Made by a program: the position numbers and the translations under genes. The notes beneath the pieces were generated by a model, which was not told the origin of the DNA, searched no databases, and saw only the letters and a program-made list of their open reading frames with translations. This document shows positions 44,901 through 52,868 of a stretch of 64,000 nucleotides of DNA, one piece after another. Where the stretch lies: assembly GCF_035628975.1 (NCBI RefSeq), contig NZ_DASPIS010000032.1, positions 12,987 through 76,986 on the forward strand, in the 5' to 3' direction. Each line of letters starts with the position of its first letter. The stretch's first letter is position 1. Origin of the DNA: Azospirillum sp. Lineage in GTDB: Bacteria; Pseudomonadota; Alphaproteobacteria; Azospirillales; Azospirillaceae.

Positions 44901-45041
44901 ACCGTCTTCGGCGGCATGGTGGCGGCGACGGTAATCGGCATCATCTTCGTGCCGGTGCTGTTCGTCGCCTTCCAGCGCCTGACCGAACGGCTGCGGCGCC
45001 GCCCGGCCGAGGCCCGCGTCCGGCCCGCAACGGAGGGGTAG
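41904..45041 (+). CDS. RND efflux permease (HAE1/AcrB family)
   Basis: [50 protein letters not shown]. Confidence 0.95.
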   Translation: MFSALFIRRPNLAIVIAVVTLIAGFLALTAIPVAQYPSITPPTVQVSATYPGANAQVVADSVAAPIESQVNGVEGMLYMSSTSTDTGSYSLTITFAPGTDPDIAAVNVQNRMSLATASLPSEVTRQGVTVRRQSSNMLMAVNVHSPGGKFDPIFISNYASLNLRDSIARVPGVGEAQVLGALDYSMRIWMNPDRMTALGITATDVVGAIQKQNVQAPAGQIGAPPIGGDQQQQLTIIARGRLNDPQEFANIIIRSNENGGIVRVGDVARVELGAQSYTSSSKLNGAPAATLVVYQSPGANALDVANSVQAELQRLSQRFPEGLEYAVVFNTTNFVTATIEEIVLTLGITFLLVVVVIYVFLQDWRATLIPTLAIPVSIIGVFAVLLVLGYSANTITLFALILAIGLVVDDAIVVVENVRRVMEEHPELSAREASARAMGQVSGAIVASTLVLAAVFVPVAFLPGITGQLYRQFAVTIAASFIISGINSLTLSPALCGLLLRPPTAPWRPLAAFNRGLDRVRDGYGRLVHGLGRRLIVGLLLFVAITAGAFALLRALPTAFLPAEDQGYFFVNVQLPSAASVTRTQTVMDRVSETIKQEPGVADVIAISGFSILSGQGSNVGLVIVSLKPWAERGSDQTVDAILGSLRPRFGAMPQATVTAFNPPSIPGLGATGGFDLRVLATGGQTPQELGAVLRGLLVAANQDANLQAVFSTYSAEVPHLYLDVDRTRASLLGVSPADIFTTLQAHLGASYVNDFNLYGRVFQVKVQDAAGYRDQVKEIDQLYVRSQTGDMVPLRSLVTVRTTLAPDSITRYNQFMSASVNGQPAAAISTGQALTGMQAVAKNTLPQGYATEWTGLSYQESQVGNQGLMVFGLALLFGYLFLVAQYEDWLVPLAVLLSVAVAVLGAGVGLWVAGIPNDIYAQIGLVLLVGLAAKNAILIVEFAREQRADGRSIVDAAVAGARQRFRAVLMTALAFILGTVPLLVATGAGAASRRSIGTTVFGGMVAATVIGIIFVPVLFVAFQRLTERLRRRPAEARVRPATEG

Positions 45042-45066
45042 AGGGCTGTCGAAGGCCTGCTGGGGC

Positions 45067-45094
45067 CTTGATTCGTCTGCATAAGAACCCACAT
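45067..45094 (+). promoter_or_regulatory. Candidate sigma32-type promoter upstream of rpoH
   Basis: CTTGAT-N15-CCCACAT resembles the CTTGAA..CCCCAT consensus. Confidence 0.35.
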
Positions 45095-45278
45095 CAGCGT
45101 GGTCCCCGACATCCTTGAAATTGGCGTCCTTTGTGCGACGCTTCCCCGCGCATCGGCGCGACGGCGGCCGGCTCCGGGCCAGACGCCGACCGACCCCAAC
45201 CCTGCCCGGTCTGCGGCTGACCGGGAGGGCGGGCGGCGGCCTTGCAGAGCGATGGGCGGTCGGGGCAGGGAGTTTTCC

Positions 45279-46244
45279 ATGCCGAACAGGAACCAACCGC
45301 TTCCCCAAACCCCGTCGGCCGAACCGCTGACCCTATTCCTGAAGGACATGCGCCGCTACGACATCCTCACTGCCGAGGAGGAGCGGGAACTTGCCCGCCG
45401 CTGGCGCGACCATGACGATGCCGAGGCGCTGGACCGGCTGATCGGCGGGCACCTGCGTCTGGTCGTCGGCGTCGCCAAGCGCTTCCGGCGCTATGGGCTG
45501 CCGCTGGCGGACCTGGTGGCGGAGGGCAACATCGGGCTGATGCGTGCCGCGCGGAAGTTCGACCCCGACAAGGGCTTCCGCTTCTCCACCTATGCCCACT
45601 GGTGGATCCGCGCGGCGATTCAGGACCATGTCCTGCAGAACTGGTCGCTGGTGAAGATCGGCTCCACCACTGCACACCGCACCCTGTTCTTCGGCCTGCG
45701 CCACCTGAAGGCCAAGCTGAAGGAACTGGACAGCGGCGACCTGTCGCCAGAGGCGGCGGCGGCCATCGCCACCGAGTTGGACCTTCCGGAACGTGACGTG
45801 GTGGAGATGAACCGCCGCCTCACCGCCGACCGCTCGCTGAACGCCACGGTGGGCGATGAGGGCGAGATGGAGTGGCAGGACCTGCTGGCCGACGACCGGG
45901 CCGACCAGGAAACCGCGCTGGCGGAGACGGAGGAGCGTCTTCAGCACAAGCGCCTGATCGCCCTGGGACTGGAGAAGCTGACCGAACGCGACCGTCAGAT
46001 CCTGATCGCGCGCCGCCTGCTGGACGAACCGGTGACCGCCGACGAACTCAGCCGGCGGTTCAATCTGTCGCGCCAGCGCATCGGCCAGATCGAGGCGGCG
46101 GCGATGCAGACCGTCCGCAAGGCGGTGCTGGCCGGACGGGCCGCCCAGGCGACGCAGCGGCCTGCCATCCGGCCCGCCGCCCGGCCCACCCCTAGGAAGC
46201 CGGTCAAAGCGCGGTCGAGCCGGACGGGCGAGGTGCCGGCCTGA
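45279..46244 (+). CDS. rpoH: RNA polymerase sigma factor, RpoH (sigma32) family
   Basis: DLVAEGNIGLMRAARKFDPDKGFRFSTYAHWWIRA; RpoH-box-like HRTLFFGLR; region 4 LSRQRIGQIE. Confidence 0.88.
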   Translation: MPNRNQPLPQTPSAEPLTLFLKDMRRYDILTAEEERELARRWRDHDDAEALDRLIGGHLRLVVGVAKRFRRYGLPLADLVAEGNIGLMRAARKFDPDKGFRFSTYAHWWIRAAIQDHVLQNWSLVKIGSTTAHRTLFFGLRHLKAKLKELDSGDLSPEAAAAIATELDLPERDVVEMNRRLTADRSLNATVGDEGEMEWQDLLADDRADQETALAETEERLQHKRLIALGLEKLTERDRQILIARRLLDEPVTADELSRRFNLSRQRIGQIEAAAMQTVRKAVLAGRAAQATQRPAIRPAARPTPRKPVKARSSRTGEVPA

Positions 46245-47067
46245 ACCAGTCCAGGCACCCGGCGGGCACCACGCCGTTGCTGACCAGCAGCGCGCCCTTG
46301 CCGTAAAGGCCGAGCGCGCTGCCGCCCTCCGGCAGGTCGATGGCCCACAGCCGCCCGCTGGGGTCGCTCCACACCGTGCGGCCATCCACGGCGGCCAGGG
46401 CGGCGAGCGCCTCGGACGGTGCGGTGCCGGGGCGGAACAGCACCAGCGTGGCGGTGCCCCCCGGCGGCGGCAGGGCGGCGACCGCCCCGGCGATGCCGGC
46501 CGCCAGCGCCAGCAGAAGCGGTGCGGCCGCGCGCCGCATGCCTCCGCCGCTGCGATGACCGGCCTCGGACCGCGTCAGCCACCAGCCGGCGGCCACCGCG
46601 GCGACGCCGAAGGCGAAGAACCACAGCAGGTCCCAGAACAGCTTGTCGTCCACGTCCATGCGGATGCGGTGCAGCCCCAGAAGCCAGTGCGACATCAGCC
46701 CGTCCACCATGTGCCAGACCCCGAAACCGACCAGTGCCCAGCCCATCAGCCGGCGCCCGCCCACCTCGGCAAGCCCCCGGCGGCCGCGCCACAGCAGCCA
46801 CAGCCCCACCGCGGCGATCACATACATCAGCGCATGGAACAGCCCATCCGCGAGGATCTGGACCCCGATATCGGCGAAGGCCGGGTCGGCGAGGCCGGAG
46901 AGCAGATGGTGCCATTGCAGGATCTGGTGCAGCAGGATGCCATCGAAGAAGCCGCCCAGTGCGAACCCCAGGCCGAACCCGCCCAGCAGCAGGCTCCGGC
47001 CGGGGCTGCGCCTGACGTCTGACATCGGCATGGGGTGCGGCAGCGGATCGTTCGGATCTGCGGTCAT
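46204..47067 (-). CDS. DUF2243 membrane protein with C-terminal extension
   Basis: GFALGGFFDGILLHQILQWHH, ADGLFH, WHMVDGLMSHWLLGLHRIR. Confidence 0.85.
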   Translation of the reverse strand: MTADPNDPLPHPMPMSDVRRSPGRSLLLGGFGLGFALGGFFDGILLHQILQWHHLLSGLADPAFADIGVQILADGLFHALMYVIAAVGLWLLWRGRRGLAEVGGRRLMGWALVGFGVWHMVDGLMSHWLLGLHRIRMDVDDKLFWDLLWFFAFGVAAVAAGWWLTRSEAGHRSGGGMRRAAAPLLLALAAGIAGAVAALPPPGGTATLVLFRPGTAPSEALAALAAVDGRTVWSDPSGRLWAIDLPEGGSALGLYGKGALLVSNGVVPAGCLDWFRPAPRPSGSTAL

Positions 47068-47423
47068 GGTCTGATGTTCCCGGCTTTTTGGTTGGATTTG
47101 CCCGCGCATTCCCAACAAGGCGGCTATGGGCGGGTTCCTCTCCAATCGGATCGGCCCGATTTCGGGTTGGTTGCCACAGCTCTCATGAGAAGGGCGTAAT
47201 GCTTTTCCCCTCGTGCGCTGCGATGGAAGGATCCCCCCATCGCGTTGGACACCCGGCCGGTGAAAATGGCCATGGTGGGCTACGTCCCCCGCGGCGATGC
47301 CGGACCGGCAGTGGTCCCGCACCGTCGCGATTCGTGCGCCCTTGCCGAAGGTGGTGAGCGGCCAGTCCTGCCCGACCGATTTCCCGGCAGGAAGCCCCGC
47401 GACAGCAGGAGAGGCACCGCTGC

Positions 47424-48614
47424 ATGCAGCAACGTCAGGCTCGCGACGTCCGGCTCGATCTGTTCAAGGGCATGGCCCTTCTGATCATCTTCATCAACCA
47501 TGTGGGCGGAAACCCGCTGGCGAAGGTGACGCCCGGCCGGTTCGGTCCGTCCGATTCGGCGGAGATCTTCGTCTTCATTTCCGGCTACGCCATCGCGCTG
47601 GCCTATGGCCCGGTCCTGGCGGAGCGCGGGTTCGCCGCCTGCCAGCGCAAGGCGCTCGGCCGCGGCCGCCAGCTGTGGGCGGCCAACATCGCCACCATGC
47701 TGGTCAGCGCGCTGGTGGTGGCGCTGGCGGTCTATGTCGGCGATCTGCCGATGGAAGCCTCCAACCGGCTGCAAAGCTTCGCGCCGCTGTTCGACAGCCC
47801 GGCCATGGCGATGGCGTGGCATCTGGTGCTGATGTATCTGCCCTTCGCCCTCGACATCCTGGCGCTCTACATCCTGCTGGTGGCGGCGGCGCCGCTGTTC
47901 CTGTGGTCCTACGCCCGCTTCGGCATGGCAGCGGTGGCGGGGTCGGTGGCGCTCTATCTGCTTGCCCAGGCGGCGCCCGGCCTGATGCCGCCCAACCTGT
48001 GGGAGGGGAGCTGGAACTTCAGCCCGCTGGCCTGGCAGTGCGTGTTCTTCCTGGGCACCAGCCTGGCGCTGGTGGTGCGCAGCGGCCGGATCGCGCTTCC
48101 GCGCTCCCCCTGGCTGCTGACGGCGGCGCTGGCGGTGGTGGTCGGCATGGCGTTGTGGAAGGGGGCGGCCTCCGACCTCGGCCGGGCGCTGGTTCCGGCC
48201 GGGCTGCATGGCTGGCTGCCGGAGCAGACGATCCCCTGGGCCGACAAGGACACGCTGGGCCCGATGCGGCTCCTGCATTTCCTGGCGCTCGCCTGTGCGG
48301 CGGCGCTGCTGGTGCCGCGGGATGCGGCATGGCTGCGCTCGGCGCCCGCGCGGCTTCTGACCGCCTGCGGGCGGCACTCTCTGCCGGTCTTCTGTGTCGG
48401 GGTCGTGCTGTCCATCACCGGAACCGCGCTGTTGATGGCGGGGAAGGGGGCGGCGATGGTGCTGGCGGTCAATCTGGGCGGCATCGTCCTGCTGCTGCTG
48501 CTGGCGCTGGTGCTGGAACGGCGGCGGACCCGGCGGCTGCCGGCGAAGGCGACCGCGGTTCCGGCATCGCCATCACCATCATCGTCAGCCGCGGCGGTTC
48601 CCGAAACGCCCTGA
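47424..48614 (+). CDS. opgC: OpgC-family membrane acyltransferase (periplasmic glucan succinylation)
   Basis: RDVRLDLFKG...INH, SDSAEIFVFISG, DILALYI, FSPLAWQ, GRHSLPVF. Confidence 0.82.
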   Translation: MQQRQARDVRLDLFKGMALLIIFINHVGGNPLAKVTPGRFGPSDSAEIFVFISGYAIALAYGPVLAERGFAACQRKALGRGRQLWAANIATMLVSALVVALAVYVGDLPMEASNRLQSFAPLFDSPAMAMAWHLVLMYLPFALDILALYILLVAAAPLFLWSYARFGMAAVAGSVALYLLAQAAPGLMPPNLWEGSWNFSPLAWQCVFFLGTSLALVVRSGRIALPRSPWLLTAALAVVVGMALWKGAASDLGRALVPAGLHGWLPEQTIPWADKDTLGPMRLLHFLALACAAALLVPRDAAWLRSAPARLLTACGRHSLPVFCVGVVLSITGTALLMAGKGAAMVLAVNLGGIVLLLLLALVLERRRTRRLPAKATAVPASPSPSSSAAAVPETP

Positions 48615-48676
48615 GGCCGGGGAAAGCTACGGCTGGGCTTCTTGAATCCTGCGCGGGGTGAGCGCATATTTCTTAT

Positions 48677-48970
48677 ATGCAACTCAACCCGGCCATACCG
48701 TCTTTCCAGACGCTGAAGCCAAACCCGCAGACGCCCGCGGTGCAGATCGCGATGTCTCCGGCGGTGCAGGCGGCGCAGCAGACGGCGCCGCCGGTCCGTA
48801 CCCAGACCATTGCCGCTCCCCAGGCGGCCGGCAAGGCCGACCAGACGCGCGAGACCCGCACCGCGACCCAGGGCAACCAGTCGGTGGACACCGTCGCCAA
48901 TGCCCTGACCGCCCAGGTGAACGGGCAAGGGTATCGCAAGCGAGGATCGCTGCTGGACGTTTCGGTCTGA
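48677..48970 (+). CDS. Small Pro/Gln/Ala/Thr-rich protein ending in RGSLLDVSV
   Basis: 97-aa ORF with biased but natural composition; C-terminal motif type seen in alphaproteobacterial small proteins. Confidence 0.6.
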   Translation: MQLNPAIPSFQTLKPNPQTPAVQIAMSPAVQAAQQTAPPVRTQTIAAPQAAGKADQTRETRTATQGNQSVDTVANALTAQVNGQGYRKRGSLLDVSV

Positions 48971-49019
48971 GGGGGTATCCCCATGACTTGGTAAATCTCC
49001 GAAATCACAAGAACTCTGC

Positions 49020-49102
49020 GTCATCCCCGCGAAGGCGGGGATCCAGAAAGCGCCGCGGCTCAGATGTCGAACCGGCTGGATTCCCGCCTTCGCGGGAATG
49101 AC
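49020..49102. repeat. REP-like palindromic element (GTCATCCCCGCGAAGGCGGGGATCCAG...CTGGATTCCCGCCTTCGCGGGAATGAC)
   Basis: Two inverted 27-bp units, each internally palindromic, in a convergent intergenic region. Confidence 0.85.
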
Positions 49103-49139
49103 GGCCGAATGAATTGTTCATTCTGGCATGTTTCACAAA

Positions 49140-49179
49140 GAAAAAGGGGCTTTCCTCCAGCCGGAGGAAAGCCCCTTTT
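49140..49179. terminator. Rho-independent terminator downstream of clpP, possibly bidirectional
   Basis: aaaaggggctttcctcc-agcc-ggaggaaagcccctttt with A and T tracts on both sides. Confidence 0.85.
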
Positions 49180-49201
49180 CAATGCCCGCCGGAACGAACG
49201 G

Positions 49202-49828
49202 TTACTTCAACTCGTCCATCGTGTCGATGACGTGGCTGACGATGCCGTATTCCTTGGCCTCGTCGGCTTGCATCCAGTAGTTCCGATCCGTGTCCTTGGC
49301 GACCTTTTCGAACGGCTGCCCGGTCTCGCGCGCGATGATCTTGTTCAGACGCTCGCGCATCCGGATGATTTCCTTCGCCTCGATGGCGATGTCCGTCGCC
49401 CGGCCGCCCGTTCCGCCCAGGGGCTGGTGGATCAGGAAGCGGGTGTTCGGCAGGCAGAACCGGTCTTCCTTCTTCGCCGCCAGATAGATGTGGCAGCCGG
49501 CGCTGGCGACCCAGCCCGTGCCCAGCATCTTCACCCGCGGCTTGATGAAGCGGATCATGTCGTGGATGGTGTCGCCCGCCTCGACGTGGCCGCCCGGCGA
49601 GTTGACCACGACGGTGATGTCGTCGTCGTTCTCATGGGCGAGCGCCAGCAGCTGGGCCGAGACGACCTGCGCCAGCTTCATGTCGATCTGACCGAAGATC
49701 AGGACCGTGCGCGCCTTGAACAGGCTCTGCTGCACGGCGGCGAACTGCGGCTGGGCGCTTTCCTTCGACTTCTCGTCCGGTTCCTTTTCAGGTTCGTCGT
49801 CGAACCGGGTGTATCCGACCTGCGCCAT
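49202..49828 (-). CDS. clpP: ATP-dependent Clp protease proteolytic subunit
   Basis: NSPGG, VASAG (Ser), LIHQP (His), TGQP..KDTDRNYWM. Confidence 0.92.
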   Translation of the reverse strand: MAQVGYTRFDDEPEKEPDEKSKESAQPQFAAVQQSLFKARTVLIFGQIDMKLAQVVSAQLLALAHENDDDITVVVNSPGGHVEAGDTIHDMIRFIKPRVKMLGTGWVASAGCHIYLAAKKEDRFCLPNTRFLIHQPLGGTGGRATDIAIEAKEIIRMRERLNKIIARETGQPFEKVAKDTDRNYWMQADEAKEYGIVSHVIDTMDELK

Positions 49829-50247
49829 TGATGTTCTTCTCCCTGGTATCGGAAGCGGGGTATCGGGACCGGGATGCGCTGCCGGAGGGGTGCCCCGACT
49901 GCTGTCCCGCTGCCGCATGCGCCTTGCCTGCTTCACCACATAGCCCGTCCGGGCTTCATGTTCAACGTCCGGCAGGGCAAAATCGATGGGCGGAGCCGCG
50001 GCCGGCTGGAACGTTTGAAACACCGTGCAACGGTTTTCCGGCCCTGTTCCACTGTTCAACTCGCCGAACACGAGGGTGTCCTCCAAGGCCGCAGGCACGA
50101 CGCCCATTCCTACCACGCAGCGGTGGAGCAGGTAAGAGGCGGTTCGAAATCCTGGCCGGGCCACGGGAACGACACGGCTCTGCCCCATTGACGCCGTTCG
50201 CCGCCCGCAGCCAAACTACTCGCCCGAGTAGGCGTGGGGGCGGCGGA

Positions 50248-51156
50248 ATGCACGGGAATGGAACGGGGCAGGGCGCGCCAGGCGAGACTCCCGGCGAGAC
50301 GCCCGACGATACAGTGACGGGCGTTTCGGTGATCATCGCCGCCCACCGCGCCCACGACACCATCGTCCGGGCGGTGCAAAGCCTGCTGGACCAGGATTGG
50401 ACAGCCTGGGAGGCGGTGATCGTCAGCGACGACGGTACCGACTACCGCCCGACCCTGCAGGCCGCCGGGATCGACAACCCGCGGCTGGTCTTCACCGCTA
50501 CCGGCCGGGTGGGCGCCGGGGCGCCCGCCGCCCGCAATGCCGGGCTGGCGGCGGCGCGGCTGGCGCTGGTGGCGCCGCTGGATGCCGACGACCGCTTCCG
50601 CCCCGGACGCCTGTCCGCCCTGGCGCCGCTGGCGCTGGCCCACGGGGCGGCCTTCGACAATGTCGCCGTGGTGCGCGACGAGGACGAGTCGCCGCTGCTG
50701 TGCCTGTACGAGGAGGGCCAAGCCCCGGCACGGCTGGACGGCCAAGGGTTCCTGGCGACCTCCGTGCCGATGTTCCCGGTGGTGCGGCGCGATCTGGTGC
50801 CGGGTTGGGACGAGGACGTGAATTTCTGCGACGACGTGGTGTTCAATGTCCGGGTGCTCGACTCCGCCGGTCCGGTGCCGCTGGTGTCCACGCCATTCTA
50901 CGAATACCGCCAGCGCGCCGGCTCCATCACCTTCTCCGCCGACAGCGGGGAGCGGGCGGAGCGCTGCTACCGCCATGTGCTGGACCGGCTGGCCGGCGAC
51001 GGGTTGGGCATCCGGGACGAGGTGCTGCGCCATCGATTCACGCAGGCCATCGCCGCCAAGCGCGCCCGCAACGCCGCATACGAGGCCGCCTTCAGGGCCG
51101 GACGCTGCGCCAATTTCCAGGAGTTCCTGGCGCTGGGGGAGGGGGTAAACCCTTAA
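50248..51156 (+). CDS. Glycosyltransferase family 2 protein
   Basis: VSVIIAAH, IVSDDG, ARNAGL, LDADD (DxD). Confidence 0.85.
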   Translation: MHGNGTGQGAPGETPGETPDDTVTGVSVIIAAHRAHDTIVRAVQSLLDQDWTAWEAVIVSDDGTDYRPTLQAAGIDNPRLVFTATGRVGAGAPAARNAGLAAARLALVAPLDADDRFRPGRLSALAPLALAHGAAFDNVAVVRDEDESPLLCLYEEGQAPARLDGQGFLATSVPMFPVVRRDLVPGWDEDVNFCDDVVFNVRVLDSAGPVPLVSTPFYEYRQRAGSITFSADSGERAERCYRHVLDRLAGDGLGIRDEVLRHRFTQAIAAKRARNAAYEAAFRAGRCANFQEFLALGEGVNP

Positions 51157-51243
51157 TCGCCAAGCTCCCGCTGGTTTTGCTTTACCATTTTGTGTCAGCC
51201 TTGATGCGTCGCACACCGCCGGACCGGACAAGGGGTAAACCCC

Positions 51244-51591
51244 ATGAGCGCCCCGACCTGCTGCCTCGCCCGCATTCCCGCCAGTGGCAAATTCTGGCTG
51301 AAGAACGCGTTGGTTCATGACGGCCTGCGCGACATCAGGATCGAGGATGGACGGGTGCGGGCGCTGGTTCCGGCCGGCGAGTCGCCCTGCTGCGCGCCGG
51401 GACTGGACCTTGAGGGCGGCGAGGTCCGCCGGATCGGCGATGGCGGGCCGGTGGCGGCCGGCGATCCCGCCGACCTGTGGGTGACGCTGTGCGGCGGACG
51501 GACGGTCGCGATGCGGGCGGGCAAGCTTGAGAATGCCGGCCGTCGGGAGGTGGCGGCCATAAACGGTCCGGCGGACGGTTCGGATCGTTGA
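51244..51591 (+). CDS. Hypothetical protein resembling only the beta-sandwich shell of a metal-dependent amidohydrolase
   Basis: WLKNA..LRDIRIEDGRV..LDLEGG joined directly to VAAGDPADLWV. Confidence 0.55.
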   Translation: MSAPTCCLARIPASGKFWLKNALVHDGLRDIRIEDGRVRALVPAGESPCCAPGLDLEGGEVRRIGDGGPVAAGDPADLWVTLCGGRTVAMRAGKLENAGRREVAAINGPADGSDR

Positions 51592-51694
51592 ACCTTCTCG
51601 ACATCGGATGTGAACTGAACGATATAGTTCAGTTTGCCTCGCGCGCTTCTCGGTTGCGCTGCGGCAAGGTGAAACTCGTCCGGGTCCCGGTCCC

Positions 51695-52864
51695 ATGCGC
51701 CACACGCTTCGCATCGCTGCTCTCCTCGTCCTGGCGGCTCTCGCCGGTGGGGCCTACTGGTATTTCGTGAAGCAGGGCGGCAGCGTCGGCGGGCTGACCG
51801 CGATGCTGAGCGGCGCTGTTTCCGGCGGTGCTCCGGCTGCCGGCGGCGCATCGGGCGGCGCGCCCGGGGGTGCCAAGCCGCCGGGCGGCGCCCCGCCGAT
51901 GCCGGTGGAGGCCGTGCCCGTGCGCGTCGGCACGGTGGAGCGGACCGTCACCGCGGTCGGATCGCTGCTGTCCAACGAATCGGTGGTGATCCGGCCGGAG
52001 ATCGCCGGCCGCATCAGCGAGATCGCCTTCAAGGAGGGGCAGCGGGTCGCCAAGGGCAGCGTGCTGGTCCGGCTGGACGACGCCATCGCCCGCGCCACCT
52101 TGGCCCAGGCCCAGGCGAGCATCGCCTTCTCCCGCGCCGAACTGTCGCGTGCCGACCAGCTGGTCCGCCAGAACACCGGCCCCCTGCGCAACCGCGAACA
52201 GGCCTCGGCCAAGCTGCTGGCCGACGAGGCGGCGGTGCAACTGGCCAAGGCGCAGCTCGACAAGCAGGTGATCACTGCGCCCTTCGACGGGGTTCTGGGC
52301 CTGCGCAAGGTGTCGGTCGGCGACTTCGTCCAGGCCGGCAAGGACATCGTGAACTTGGAGGACATCGATACGCTGAAGCTCGACTTCCGCGTGCCGGAGA
52401 TGTTCCTGCCGGCGGTGAAGGTCGGCCAGACGGTGAAGGTGGCGGTGGATGCCTTCGGCGGGCGCGGCTTCGACGGCACGGTCTATGCCATCGACCCGCT
52501 GGTGGACGTGAACGGCCGCGCGCTGGCGATCCGCGCCCGCGTGCCGAACCCCGACGGCTCGCTGCGTCCCGGCCTGTTCGCCCGCGTGTCGCTGACGCTG
52601 ACCACGGTGCCGGACGCGGTGCTGGTGCCGGAACAGGCCATCGTCGCCTTCGGCAAGGACCAGTTCGTCTTCAAGGTGGTGGACGGCAAGGTGGCGCAGA
52701 CCAGGGTCGTGCTGGGCGAGCGCCGCAATGCGGAGGTGGAGATTTCCAAGGGTCTCGCCCCCGGCGACATGGTGGTGACCGCCGGCCAGCTGAAGATCCG
52801 CGACGGCGCGGCCGTCGCCGTGGTGCCGAACAAGCCGGCCGCCAACAAGTCGACGGGGAGCTGA
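51695..52864 (+). CDS. RND efflux periplasmic adaptor subunit
   Basis: IRPEIAGRISEIAFKEGQRVAKG, ITAPFDGVLG, LRPGLFARV. Confidence 0.92.
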   Translation: MRHTLRIAALLVLAALAGGAYWYFVKQGGSVGGLTAMLSGAVSGGAPAAGGASGGAPGGAKPPGGAPPMPVEAVPVRVGTVERTVTAVGSLLSNESVVIRPEIAGRISEIAFKEGQRVAKGSVLVRLDDAIARATLAQAQASIAFSRAELSRADQLVRQNTGPLRNREQASAKLLADEAAVQLAKAQLDKQVITAPFDGVLGLRKVSVGDFVQAGKDIVNLEDIDTLKLDFRVPEMFLPAVKVGQTVKVAVDAFGGRGFDGTVYAIDPLVDVNGRALAIRARVPNPDGSLRPGLFARVSLTLTTVPDAVLVPEQAIVAFGKDQFVFKVVDGKVAQTRVVLGERRNAEVEISKGLAPGDMVVTAGQLKIRDGAAVAVVPNKPAANKSTGS

Positions 52865-52868
52865 GGCG

